Positions 1-12,911 of a stretch of 64,000 nucleotides of DNA are shown one piece after another (within the stretch, counting starts at the first letter, position 1; each line of letters starts with the position of its first letter). The position numbers and the translations under genes were made by a program. The DNA is taken from contig NIVC01000232.1 of the NCBI GenBank assembly GCA_002269645.1, forward strand, positions 67,173 to 131,172, in the 5' to 3' direction. Origin of the DNA: Macrostomum lignano. Taxonomy: Eukaryota. Below the pieces are notes generated by a model that ran no database searches, was not told the DNA's origin, and was given only the letters and a program-made list of their open reading frames with translations.

Positions 1-258
1 TAACTTCTCAAACTAACTTTTCATTTAGCTTTGTTATTTAAAAATTTTTCTGTAGTCAGTAAAGATTGGGTTTGCTTTTAGAGTGTTAATTATAGATAAT
101 GTTGACCAGATGTTGTAACCAAGAAAAGGAAATCAGCGTTAAGTTCCTTACTTAGTTGTAGCAAAACCTTTTTACGAGGACCATAAAGCCTTCACAACAT
201 GCATGTAAAGTACGAGTATATCACTCAACTGATAAGATTTTTTTCTGAAATGCGCTTG

Positions 259-539
259 CAGGGGCGGATTTATGGGGGGGGGGGTGGGGGGCGGCCGCCC
301 CCTACTACCAAAATAGCTTGACAGAACATATTGCGCCCCCCAAAAACCTGAGTTTGTGCCCCCTAAACTTGACTTTTCTCCCCCAAAAGACATTTTTTGC
401 GCCCCTAAGCTTGACTTTTTGCCCCATACACGCATTTTTGGCGCCCCTTAGCTAAAAAATTGGCGCCCCTTATACTCGTGTTGGCGCCCCAAACTTGGAT
501 CGCCCCCCCCCCCAAAATGAAACTCTAGATCCGCCACTG
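259..539. mobile_element. hAT-type MITE (281 bp) with 14-bp TIRs and perfect 8-bp target-site duplication
   Basis: TIRs CAGGGGCGGATTTA (259-272) and TAGATCCGCCACTG (526-539) match at 12/14 positions. TGCGCTTG flanks both ends (251-258, 540-547). An 8-bp TSD with CAG termini is typical of hAT elements. Interior has repeated (G)GCGCCCC motifs. Confidence 0.88.
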
Positions 540-868
540 TGCGCTTGTACTTGTCAACACATGTAAGTGAATGTAGTTGGAAGAGTAAAGTTTTTTTATA
601 TTGTTTGTATGTCTGTACTATTACTTATATTCACGACGGCTTATCCTACCAGTCATTGTCACTATTAAACTACTTAAAAATAATTTCGTTTTAGCTCTGA
701 GTGTAGTTCTGCTAAAGCTTCTCCTTCAATCCCGCTTTCTATTAAACTGAACATCAATATACCTGGAACATCAGCTGATCGATTTCGCTCAACAATAAGT
801 TGTTTGTGTAACTACTTTTGCCGATAAGAGAGTTTTGAATTCTTAAAATCCTTTTGTTTAAATTTTAG

Positions 869-987
869 CAGCAAAGCTCGGTTTAGGAGAATGGCCAGCC
901 ACTGATCGAATCAGCAGCAGACTGGCTGCTCAGAAAGATGAAGAAGAAAATAGATCAGCGAGTGAAGGCAAAGACAACAGCAACTAA
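869..987 (+). CDS. Possible terminal coding exon of an upstream gene (AAKLGLGEWPATDRISSRLAAQKDEEENRSASEGKDNSN*)
   Basis: TTTTAG acceptor at 863-868, then a phase-1 open frame to TAA at 985-987. No homology recognised. Confidence 0.3.
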
Positions 988-1409
988 GGACTCAAAACTG
1001 TTGCTACAGAGCGACGTAGTTTGGCTGTTAATTTGTAAAATGCTTTGGCTTGTAAAAAAACGTTCGATAAACTACAATTGGTATTGAATATGTAGCTCGT
1101 TAACTCTAGAAAATTACTGTATCGCACTATAGTTATACAGAACTTAGTTGAACGTGTGAGCACACTTGAGGTCCCCGCAGCTCAGGGGTTGAGACCAGCT
1201 TTGCAACGAGTAAGAACTCAGAAACCTATTTTAACTCGTAATATAGAATGTAATATACCGGTATAGAATACATACTAGACACGCCTCTAAAGCTACTGCT
1301 CATTGCTAAAGGACGTTTCCCGGTTAACTGGTAACTCTTAACAGTATTATAATACAAGTGGATTGACTGCAGATAGTGATTGTTAAAGAGATATACATTA
1401 TTTTCGATT

Positions 1410-4400
1410 GGGAGACAGGTGCTGAAATAGAAGGAGAGGTGCTTAAATAGGGGGACAGGAGCTGAAATAGGGGGACAGGAGCTGAAATAGGGGGACAGGT
1501 GCTGAAATAGGGGACAAATGCTGAAATAGGGGAGACAGATGCTTAAATAGGGGGACAGGAGCTTAAATAGGGAAGACAGGTGGTGCTTAAATAGGGGAGA
1601 CAGGTGCTGAAATAGGGGAGACAGGTGCTTAAATAGGGGAGACAGATGCTGAAATAGGGGAGACAAATGCTTAAATAGGGGGACAGGTGCTTAAATAGGG
1701 GACAGGTGCTGAAATAGGGGAGACAGATGCTTAAATAGGGGACAGGAGCTTAAATAGGGGAGACAGGTGCTTAATTAGGGGAGACAGATGCTGAAATAGG
1801 GGAGACAGGTGCTTAAATAGGGGAGACAGATGCTGAAATAGGGGAGACAGGTGCTGAAATAGGGGGACAGGTGCTGAAATAGAAGGAGAGGTGCTTAAAT
1901 AGGGGGACAGGAGCTGAAATAGGGGAACAGGTGCTGAAATAGGGGAGACAGGAGCTGAAATAGGGGGACAGGAGCTTAAATAGGGGAGACAGATGCTTAA
2001 ATAGGGGGACAGGAGCTTAAATAGGGGAGACAGGTGCTGAAATAGGGGAGACAGGTGCTGAAATAGGGGAGACAGGTGCTTAAATAGGGGAGACAGATGC
2101 TGAAATAGGGGAGACAAATGCTTAAATAGGGGGACAGGTGCTTAAATAGGGGACAGGTGCTGAAATAGGGGAGACAGATGCTTAAATAGGGGGACAGGAG
2201 CTTAAATAGGGGAGACAGGTGCTTAATTAGGGGAGACAGATGCTGAAATAGGGGAGACAGGTGCTTAAATAGGGGAGACAGATGCTGAAATAGGGGAGAC
2301 AGGTGCTGAAATAGGGGGACAGGTGCTGAAATAGAAGGAGAGGTGCTTAAATAGGGGGACAGGAGCTGAAATAGGGGAACAGGTGCTAAAATAGGGGAGA
2401 CAGGAGCTGAAATAGGGGGACAGGAGCTTAAATAGGGGAGACAGATGCTTAAATAGGGGGACAGGAGCTTAAATAGGGGAGACAGGTGCTGAAATAGGGG
2501 AGACAGGTGCTGAAATAGGGGAGACAGGTGCTTAAATAGGGGAGACAGATGCTGAAATAGAGGAGACAGGTGCTTAAATAGGAGAGACAGATGCTGAAAT
2601 AGGGGAGACAGGTGCTGAAATAGGGGGACAGGTGCTGAAATAGAAGGAGAGTTGCTTAAATAGGGGGACAGGAGCTGAAATAGGGGGACAGGTGCTGAAA
2701 TAGGGGACAAATGCTGAAATAGGGGAGACAGATGCTTAAATAGGAGGACAGGAGCTTAAATAGGGAAGACAGGTGGTGCTTAAATAGGGGAGACAGGTGC
2801 TGAAATAGGGGAGACAGGTGCTTAAATAGGGGAGACAGATGCTGAAATAGGGGAGACAAATGCTTAAATAGGGGACAGGTGCTTAAATAGGGGACAGGTG
2901 CTGAAATAGGGGAGACAGATGCTTAAATAGGGGGACAGGAGCTTAAATAGGGGAGACAGGTGCTTAAATAGGGGAGACAGATGCTGAAATAGGGGAGACA
3001 GGTGCTTAAATAGGGGAGACAGATGCTGAAATAGGGGAGACAGGTGCTGAAATAGGGGGACAGGTGCTGAAATAGAAGGAGAGTTGCTTAAATAGGGGGA
3101 CAGGAGCAGAAATAGAAGGAGAGGTGCTTAAATAGGGGGACAGGAGCTGAAATAGGGGGACAGGTGCTGAAATAGGGGAGACAGGTGCTGAAATAGGGGA
3201 GACAGGTGCTGAAATAGGGGAGACAGGTGCTGAAATAGGGGAGACAGGTGCTTAAATAGGGGAGACAGATGCTGAAATAGGGGAGACAGGTGCTTAAATA
3301 GGGGGACAGGAGCAGAAATAGAAGGAGAGGTGCTTAAATAGGGGGACAGGAGCTGAAATAGGGGGACAGGTGCTGAAATAGGGGAGACAGGAGCTGAAAT
3401 AGGGGGACAGGAGCTTAAATAGGGGAGACAGATGCTTAAATAGGGGGACAGGAGCTTAAATAGGGGGACAGGAGCTGAAATAGGGGGACAGGTGCTGAAA
3501 TAGGGGAGACAGGAGCTGAAATAGGGGACAGGAGCTTAAATAGGGGAGACAGATGCTTACATAGGGGGACAGGAGCTTAAATAGGGGAGACAGATGCTGA
3601 AATAGGGGGACAGGAGCTGAAATAGGGGGACAGGAGCTGAAATAGGGGGACAGTTGCTGAAATAGGGGGACAGGAGCTGAAATAGGGGGACAGGTGCTGA
3701 AATAGGGGGACAGTTGCTGAAATAGGGGGACAGGTGCTTAAATAGGGGGACAGGAGCTGAAATAGGGGGACAGTTGCTGAAATAGGGGGACAGGTGCTTA
3801 AATAGGGGGACAGGAGCTGAAATAGGGGACAGTTGCTGAAATAGGGGGACAGGTGCTTAAATAGGGGGACAGGTGCTGAAATAGGGGGACAGTTGCTGAA
3901 ATAGGGGGACAGGTGCTTAAATAGGGGGACAGTTGCTGAAATAGGGGACAGGTGCTGAAATAGGGGGACAGGTGCTGAAATAGGGGGACAGGTGCTGAAA
4001 TAGGGGGACAGGAGCTGAAATAGGGGGAAAGGTGCTTAAATAGGGGGACAGGTGTTGAAATAGGGGGAAAGGTGCTGAAATAGGGGGACAGGTGATGAAA
4101 TAGGGGAGACAGATGCTGAAATAGGGGAGACAGGTGTTGAAATAGGGGACAGGTGCTGAAATAGGGGAGACAGGTGCTGAAATAGGGGGACAGGTGCTGA
4201 AATAGGGGGACAGGTGCTGAAATAGGGGGACAGGTGCTGAAATAGGGGGACAGGTGATGAAATAGGGGGAAAGGTGCTTAAATAGGGGGACAGGTGTTGA
4301 AATAGGGGGAAAGGTGCTGAAATAGGGGGACAGGTGCTTAAATAGGGGGACAGGAGCTGAAATAGGGGGACAGTTGCTGAAATAGGGGGACAGGTGCTTA

Positions 4401-7400
4401 AATAGGGGGACAGGTGCTGAAATAGGGGGACAGTTGCTGAAATAGGGGGACAGGTGCTTAAATAGGGGGACAGTTGCTGAAATAGGGGGACAGGTGCTGA
4501 AATAGGGGGACAGGTGCTGAAATAGGGGGACAGGTGCTGAAATAGGGGGACAGGAGCTGAAATAGGGGGAAAGGTGCTTAAATAGGGGGACAGGTGTTGA
4601 AATAGGGGGAAAGGTGCTGAAATAGGGGGACAGGTGATGAAATAGGGGGAAAGGTGCTTAAATAGGGGGACAGGTGTTGAAATAGGGGGAAAGGTGCTGA
4701 AATAGGGGGACAGTTGCTGAAATAGGGGGACAGGTGCTGAAATAGGGGGACAGGTGCTGAAATAGGGGGACAGGTGCTGAAATAGGGGAGACAGGAGCTG
4801 AAATAGGGGGACAGGAGCTTAAATAGGGGAGACAGATGCTTAAATAGGGGGACAGGAGCTTAAATAGGGGAGACAGGTGCTGAAATAGGGGAGACAGGTG
4901 CTGAAATAGGGGAGACAGGTGCTTAAATAGGGGAGACAGATGCTGAAATAGGGGAGACAAATGCTTAAATAGGGGGACAGGTGCTTAAATAGGGGACAGG
5001 TGCTGAAATAGGGGAGACAGATGCTTAAATAGGGGGACAGGAGCTTAAATAGGGGAGACAGGTGCTTAATTAGGGGAGACAGATGCTGAAATAGGGGAGA
5101 CAGGTGCTTAAATAGGGGAGACAGATGCTGAAATAGGGGAGACAGGTGCTGAAATAGGGGGACAGGTGCTGAAATAGAAGGAGAGGTGCTTAAATAGGGG
5201 GACAGGAGCTGAAATAGGGGAACAGGTGCTGAAATAGGGGAGACAGGAGCTGAAATAGGGGGACAGGAGCTTAAATAGGGGAGACAGATGCTTAAATAGG
5301 GGGACAGGAGCTTAAATAGGGGAGACAGATGCTGAAATAGAGGAGACAGGTGCTTAAATAGGAGAGACAGATGCTGAAATAGGGGAGACAGGTGCTGAAA
5401 TAGGGGGACAGGTGCTGAAATAGAAGGAGAGTTGCTTAAATAGGGGGACAGGAGCTTAAATAGGGGGACAGGTGCTGAAATAGGGGACAAATGCTGAAAT
5501 AGGGGAGACAGATGCTTAAATAGGAGGACAGGAGCTTAAATAGGGAAGACAGGTGGTGCTTAAATAGGGGAGACAGGTGCTGAAATAGGGGAGACAGGTG
5601 CTTAAATAGGGGAGACAGATGCTGAAATAGGGGAGACAAATGCTTAAATAGGGGGACAGGTGCTTAAATAGGGGACAGGTGCTGAAATAGGGGAGACAGA
5701 TGCTTAAATAGGGGGACAGGAGCTTAAATAGGGGAGACAGGTGCTTAAATAGGGGAGACAGATGCTGAAATAGGGGAGACAGGTGCTTAAATAGGGGAGA
5801 CAGATGCTGAAATAGGGGAGACAGGTGCTGAAATAGGGGACAGGTGCTGAAATAGAAGGAGAGTTGCTTAAATAGGGGGACAGGAGCAGAAATAGAAGGA
5901 GAGGTGCTTAAATAGGGGGACAGGAGCTGAAATAGGGGGACAAGTGCTGAAATAGGGGAGACAGGTGCTGAAATAGGGGAGACAGGTGCTGAAATAGGGG
6001 AGACAGGTGCTGAAATAGGGGAGACAGGTGCTTAAATAGGGGAGACAGATGCTGAAATAGGGGAGACAGGTGCTTAAATAGGGGGACAGGAGCAGAAATA
6101 GAAGGAGAGGTGCTTAAATAGGGGGACAGGAGCTGAAATAGGGGGACAGGTGCTGAAATAGGGGAGACAGGAGCTGAAATAGGGGGACAGGAGCTTAAAT
6201 AGGGGAGACAGATGCTTAAATAGGGGGACAGGAGCTTAAATAGGGGGACAGGAGCTGAAATAGGGGGACAGGTGCTGAAATAGGGGAGACAGGAGCTGAA
6301 ATAGGGGGACAGGAGCTTAAATAGGGGAGACAGATGCTTACATAGGGGGACAGGAGCTTAAATAGGGGAGACAGATGCTGAAATAGGGGACAGGAGCTGA
6401 AATAGGGGGACAGGAGCTGAAATAGGGGGACAGTTGCTGAAATAGGGGGACAGGAGCTGAAATAGGGGGACAGGTGCTGAAATAGGGGGACAGTTGCTGA
6501 AATAGGGGGACAGGTGCTTAAATAGGGGGACAGGAGCTGAAATAGGGGGACAGTTGCTGAAATAGGGGGACAGGTGCTTAAATAGGGGGACAGGAGCTGA
6601 AATAGGGGGACAGTTGCTGAAATAGGGGGACAGGTGCTTAAATAGGGGGACAGGTGCTGAAATAGGGGGACAGTTGCTGAAATAGGGGGACAGGTGCTTA
6701 AATAGGGGGACAGTTGCTGAAATAGGGGGACAGGTGCTGAAATAGGGGGACAGGTGCTGAAATAGGGGGACAGGTGCTGAAATAGGGGGACAGGAGCTGA
6801 AATAGGGGGAAAGGTGCTTAAATAGGGGGACAGGTGTTGAAATAGGGGGAAAGGTGCTGAAATAGGGGGACAGGTGATGAAATAGGGGAGACAGATGCTG
6901 AAATAGGGGAGACAGGTGTTGAAATAGGGGGACAGGTGCTGAAATAGGGGAGACAGGTGCTGAAATAGGGGGACAGGTGCTGAAATAGGGGGACAGGTGC
7001 TGAAATAGGGGGACAGGTGCTGAAATAGGGGGACAGGTGATGAAATAGGGGAAAGGTGCTTAAATAGGGGGACAGGTGTTGAAATAGGGGGAAAGGTGCT
7101 GAAATAGGGGGACAGGTGCTTAAATAGGGGGACAGGAGCTGAAATAGGGGGACAGTTGCTGAAATAGGGGGACAGGTGCTTAAATAGGGGACAGGTGCTG
7201 AAATAGGGGGACAGTTGCTGAAATAGGGGGACAGGTGCTTAAATAGGGGGACAGTTGCTGAAATAGGGGGACAGGTGCTGAAATAGGGGGACAGGTGCTG
7301 AAATAGGGGGACAGGTGCTGAAATAGGGGGACAGGAGCTGAAATAGGGGGAAAGGTGCTTAAATAGGGGGACAGGTGTTGAAATAGGGGGAAAGGTGCTG

Positions 7401-8284
7401 AAATAGGGGGACAGGTGATGAAATAGGGGGAAAGGTGCTTAAATAGGGGGACAGGTGTTGAAATAGGGGGAAAGGTGCTGAAATAGGGGGACAGTTGCTG
7501 AAATAGGGGGACAGGTGCTGAAATAGGGGGACAGGTGCTGAAATAGGGGGACAGGTGCTGAAATAGGGGGACAGGTGATGAAATAGGGGGAAAGGTGCTT
7601 AAATAGGGGACAGGTGTTGAAATAGGGGGAAAGGTGCTGAAATAGGGGGACAGGTGATGAAATAGGGGGACAGGTGTTGAAATAGGGGGAAAGGTGCTGA
7701 AATAGGGGGACAGGAGCTGAAATAGGGGGACAGGTGCTTAAATAGGGGGACAGGAGCTGAAATAGGGGGACAGGTGCTTAAATAGGGGGACAGGAGCTGA
7801 AATAGGGGGACAGTTGCTGAAATAGGGGGACAGGTGCTTAAATAGGGGGACAGGAGCTGAAATAGGGGGACAGTTGCTGAAATAGGGGGACAGGTGCTTA
7901 AATAGGGGGACAGGTGCTGAAATAGGGGGACAGTTGCTGAAATAGGGGGACAGGTGCTTAAATAGGGGGACAGTTGCTGAAATAGGGGGACAGGTGCTGA
8001 AATAGGGGGACAGGTGCTGAAATAGGGGGACAGGTGCTGAAATAGGGGGACAGGAGCTGAAATAGGGGGAAAGGTGCTTAAATAGGGGGACAGGTGTTGA
8101 AATAGGGGGAAAGGTGCTGAAATAGGGGGACAGGTGATGAAATAGGGGGAAAGGTGCTGAAATAGGGGAGACAGGTGATGAAATAGGGGGACAGGTGTTG
8201 AAATAGGGGGAAAGGTGCTGAAATAGGGGGACAGGAGCTGAAATAGGGGGACAGGTGCTGAAATAGGGGGACAGGCGCTGAAAA
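1410..8284. repeat. Minisatellite array, 20-21-bp unit AAATAGGGG(G/AG)ACAGGTGCT(G/T), about 6.9 kb
   Basis: Directly visible tandem repeat. Rare variants recur at an offset of 2780 bp, indicating an internal block duplication. A few degenerate units recur at about 8745-8795. Confidence 0.97.
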
Positions 8285-9984
8285 GTAGGTGTAAGCACTG
8301 GAAAAGTGCTTATAGAGCGCAGCAGAAAAACGGCGACCTCTGCTTGTCATGACCACAGGGTTGCCCTGCCAAGCCAGGCCGGTCTCAAGGCCCAGGAAAC
8401 AATGGCAAAGCTGAGTTTTGAGGGCCGGGCCGACAGCCTGCGAGCGCGTGGCACAGACGGCTCGCAGCAAATGCCTTGGGGGTGTTGATGGTTGCCTAGC
8501 AACCACACTGAGAGAAACTGCGTGAGCGCTAACCCTGCCCCACTCAAACTTTTTCAACTGCTCTGCATTGTGTCTATGCGGTCTCGTTGAATTTAAAACG
8601 CACGACCCTTGTACGGCTATTTCTCAGATGTAAGACTCGCACTCATAATAAGGCCTTTGGAGGCCAGAGTTTGAAAGTCTTTCTGTCATGTGAGCAGAAG
8701 ATAGCAGGAAAATCAAACCTGGTATAGGGGGGGGGGGAGCAGGGCTGAAATAATGGGACAGGAGATGAAATAAGGGGGACAGGTGCTTAAGAACAGATGT
8801 AGATGCAAAAAACTGCATCAGTAGACTCCTAATTAAACTTGCATTTCAAGTATAGCATCAAATTTTGTTTTATTTTTCTAGTAGCCACGTTGAAAGGATT
8901 GCTAAGATGGCCCGCTGGCTCTTAACAACTGTGCGATAAAATGCAATGCAACAGACTCTTGATACAACGTCTAGAAAAGAAACGGTGCAGACTACAGACA
9001 ATAGCCTTCAGTCTGAGAAATCGGCACACATATTTTAACTATTTCAGCTTTGAGCCCATACCGACAACCCGAGCCTAAGTAACGAATCTCAAAGAGAGGT
9101 GCAGTTGAGTTAAAACGTTTTTATTCTAAACGTTGAATAGGAAAACTGTTAGAGTAGCATACTTCTATTCTTTAAGCATAAAACGAGATTTTCTGAAGCT
9201 AAGATGGCACGTTGCAGTGTAGAACGTTGCCGAAATGTGCTCATATCAGTCGTCTCGAGCTTCATTTTTTTTTGGGGGGGTGGGGCTCGTGTCCCGCGCT
9301 TGTCTGTCTCTGTCTTTCTATAGTGGCTCCCTTTTCTGATTTCAGCTGTGCTTTTTTACCTTGTATGAATGTCTCGCAAGTCTGCAATAGTTTCTGATTA
9401 TAAGAAAGCTAAAGCAGGTAAATGAAACAGGTTTGAAATAACTGAATAGAAAATAGGGATTGCAATCCCGGGATTTTGGGTCCCGAATCCCGGGATTATT
9501 TTTTGTTATTATTTTTACAAAAAGTGTTGTAATATGAACATAATTGGGCCCACAGCAAGTTTAATATACTGCGCTAATTTCCGTTAAAGTTCCTCACGTC
9601 ACGTGGCGCCTTTTTAAACCCCGCATCTCAGATTTAAATGTGAAATTTATTCCAATGTAAATTTTGATATATGATTAGCTTCTTTATTACTAACAAGCTG
9701 TTGAAACCCGCGGATTTTGATCCCGGGGAATTCCAATACCCGGAACTACTTTTGCATGTATTCTGAAATCTAAGGCCATACACAAACAAAAACTTATTAG
9801 TTAGTAGGATAGAGGTAGACATAAAATGGAGCACATTCGTGTAAAATTAGGGTTTGAGACATTGTTGGCTGGGGTACTGCGCAGAATGTCAGGCAATGTC
9901 TGTCTGACTCTAAAACATATATTGCTAAACTCTGGTCTCTCACTGACTCTCCCTACGTCCCTTGGATCCTTTAAAATTTCTATC

Positions 9985-10401
9985 GTCTCTTTGTTTCCTC
10001 TCATCTCTCTCGTCCCTCGTCTCTCCTCTCTCCTCTCTCCCCTCTCCCCTCTTCTCTCGTATCTTCCCTCATCTCTCTTCTCTTTCATCTCTCTTATCTC
10101 ATCTCTTGTCTCTTCTTTCTCTCCCCTCTCCTCTCTCCTCTCTACTTTTTCGTTTTCTCTCTCCTCTCTCCTCTCTCCCCTCTCCTCTCTCCTCTCACCC
10201 CCTCTTCTCTCTGATCTTCCTTCTCCTTTCTATTCTTTTCTCTCTTCTCTTAACTCTCTCCTCTAATCTCTCATCTCTCCCCTCTTCTCTCGTCTCTTCC
10301 CTCACCTCTTTTCTGTCTCGTCTTTGCTCTCTCATCTTTCCTTTCTCTTCTTTTATCTTTTCTCTCTTATCTCTTCTCATTTCTCTCTGCTCTCCCTTCT
10401 C

Positions 10402-10433
<32 letters not shown>

Positions 10434-10454
10434 CTGTCTCTCTCTCTTATCTCT

Positions 10455-10507
<53 letters not shown>

Positions 10508-10981
10508 GTTTTTCTCTCTTATCACTCCTCCTCTCTCTACTCTCTCCCCTCTCCATTCTCCTCTTTCCTCTCCTCTCTCCTCACTCACTTCTCTACCTTT
10601 GTCTCTCCTCTCTCCTCTCCTCTCTCCTATCTTCTTTCGTATCTTCCCTCATCTCTCTTCTCTTTCATATCTCTTATCTCATCTCTTCCCTTTTCTTTTC
10701 TCTCTCCTCTCCTCTCTCCTCTCTACTTTTTCGTTTTCTCTCTTCTCTTCTCTCTCCTCTCTCCCCTCTTCTCTCGTCTCTTCTCTCACCTCTTTCCTCT
10801 CTCTCTTTCCTCTCATTTCTTTTCTTGTTTTATCTCTTCTCTCTCCCCTCGTCGCTCGTCTCTTCCCTCATCTCTCTTCTCTCTTGTCTGCGTTTTTATC
10901 TCTCCTTTCTCTTCTTTTATCTTTTCTCTCTTATCTCTTCTCGTTTCTCTCTGCTCTGCGCTTTCTCTCTCTCTCTGTCTC

Positions 10982-11042
<61 letters not shown>

Positions 11043-11460
11043 TCTCCTCTCCCATCTCTCTTCTCCTCTCTACTCTCTCCCTTCTTCATTCTCCTATTTC
11101 CTCTTCTGTCTCCCTGTCTCTCCTCTCTCCTCTAGTCTCTGTAATCTCTTCTCTCTTATCTCTCCTCTGTTCTCTCTACTCTCCCATCTCTCGTCTGTTC
11201 ACCCTCATCTCTGCTCTCTCATCTGTCATCTTTACTCTCTAATACGTTCTCTCACTTAGCTCCTCTGTACTCTTCTCTTTCACCTCTTCTGACTCCTCTC
11301 TTTCCTTACTCCTCTTTTCTTTTCTCTTCCCTCTTCTATACTCTCTCTCCTCTATTATCTTCTCTCGTCTCTCTGCACTCTCCTCTCACCTTTTTCATCT
11401 CTCATCTTTACTCTCTCATCTCTCCTTTCATTTGTCTCATCTCTACAATCTCATCTCTCC
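9985..11460. repeat. CT-rich low-complexity tract with (CT)n runs and an internal ~560-580-bp duplication
   Basis: Nearly pure pyrimidine on the + strand. TACTTTTTCGTTTTCTCT recurs at 10143 and 10724, and TTTTATCTTTTCTCTCTTATCTCTTCTC at 10351 and 10915. Confidence 0.92.
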
Positions 11461-12335
11461 TCTGCGGTCTGATCTCTGTCCCGCTCCTGTCGTTGCTGAG
11501 TCTGGACAGTCGTTTCATTGCGTCGTGCCTCTGCGGTCTGATCTCTGTCCCGCTCCTGTCGTTGCTGAGTCTGAACAGTCGTTTCATTGCGTCGTGCCTC
11601 TGCGGTCTGATCTCTGTCCCGTTCCTGTCGTTGCTGAGTCTGAACAGTCGTTTCATTGCGTCGTGCCTCTGCGGTCTGATCTCTGTCCCGTTCCTGTCGT
11701 TGCTGAGTCTGAACAGTCGTTTCATTGCGTCGTGCCTCTGCGGTCTGATCTCTGTCCCGTTCCCGTCGTTGCTGAGTCTGGACAGTCGTTTCATTGCGTC
11801 GTGCCTCTGCAGTCTGATCTCTGTCCCGTTCCTGTCGTTGCTGAGTCTGGACAGTCGTTTCATTGCGTCGTGCCTCTGCGGTCTGATCTCTGTCCCGTTC
11901 CCGTCGTTGCTGAGTCTGGACAGTCGTTTCATTGCGTCGTGCCTCTGCGGTCTGATCTCTGTCCCGTTCCTGTCGTTGCTGAGTCTGAACAGTTGTTTCA
12001 TTGCGTCGTGCCTCGGCTGTTTGCTGTCTTTTTTGTTCACGTCGTCTTTCTTCCCAATTTGCAGCCCTGAGAGGAACATGTGTACTTCCAGTTCCATCGG
12101 AAGTGCTGGCGCCGGCTGCTGATGTCGATGATCTTGTCGGTGGTCGAAGGCTTCTTTTCTGGGCTTGTTCTCCTAAGGCACTTGCACTCGATCTGGCCTG
12201 GGCAGAGCTACCTGTGTTGTCTGCTTCCTCTGTGCTATGTGATGTTCCTGCTTCAGCCGCATTGCTTTGCCTTGTAGATCTCCATCGTCTAGCTGCAGCA
12301 GTGAAACGACCCAATGCGCTTTTCTTTGGGGGCAT
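11451..12335 (-). pseudogene. Truncated Helitron Rep/Hel N-terminal ORF (294 aa) with 8 x 23-aa charged repeats
   Basis: MPPKKSALGRFTAAARR start and repeated QTAEARRNETTVQTQQRQERDRD helices resemble N-termini of animal Helitron proteins. The 69-bp DNA repeat (11461-12013) varies mostly at synonymous sites in this frame. No Rep or helicase domain follows. Confidence 0.6.
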
Positions 12336-12851
12336 TAGAATTTTAAAGTGCCTTTAAATAGGACTTAGTGTTACAAATTCTATTTTGTGTGACTAATTCA
12401 GGAATCAGGATTGCATCGTATCGCTTTTTGTACCACAGACAACTATGCTAGTCTTATCGATTGCCATCTTCCTCATCCAAGAAAGAAAGAAAGGCAGGCG
12501 GGCGGAGGTTGGGGTGGCTGTCTCGCTGAAAAAAACAGCCAAACTTTAAAAGTGCACAGCGCCGTTCAGGATTAACTTTGAGACTCGAAATTTTACACGA
12601 TTGTGTCAAAATAGTTGAAAATCAATTGTGTCAAATTTGAAGAGGATCGGTAGAAGTGGAGCGGCGCTATGGAGGATTAAGTGAAAAAATCGCGCATTTT
12701 GAGCAGTTTTTTGTACTTTTAGGTAGGAAGACTCAAATTTAGGAAATTTTAAGGTAGCCTAAGACATTCTCCGTAGTAAGTTTAGGGTGGGTGTAAAGTT
12801 TGGTGTAATTTGGTTGAGCGGTTTGGGAGTCCATAGCGAAGTAATTTGTCC

Positions 12852-12888
<37 letters not shown>

Positions 12889-12911
12889 GTTTTGATTTTT
12901 ATATGTAGAGA
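11451..12911 (-). mobile_element. Helitron 5' fragment (5' terminus, (CTGT)n tract and truncated Rep/Hel N-terminal ORF)
   Basis: The minus strand reads A|TCTCTACATATAAAAATCAAAACTCTGTCTGTCTG... from 12911. This is a TC start after A followed by a TATA-rich tract and a (CTGT)n microsatellite, as in animal Helitron 5' ends. The downstream ORF resembles a Rep/Hel N-terminus. No CTAG 3' end was found. Confidence 0.6.

Noticed and set aside
1270-1335. Minus-strand ...GGCGTGTCTAGT as a Helitron 3' end
   Set aside because: No convincing GC hairpin upstream of CTAG, and it lies outside the hAT-like element holding the Helitron 5' end.
1226-8298. Many ORFs with LSPLFQHL/PPISAPV repeats
   Set aside because: Translations of the 20-21-bp minisatellite. 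Unit lengths are not consistently multiples of three and frames switch constantly.
8290-8560. GC-rich island with short ORFs between the main array and its degenerate tail
   Set aside because: No frame is convincingly open between splice signals and no recognisable domain is present.
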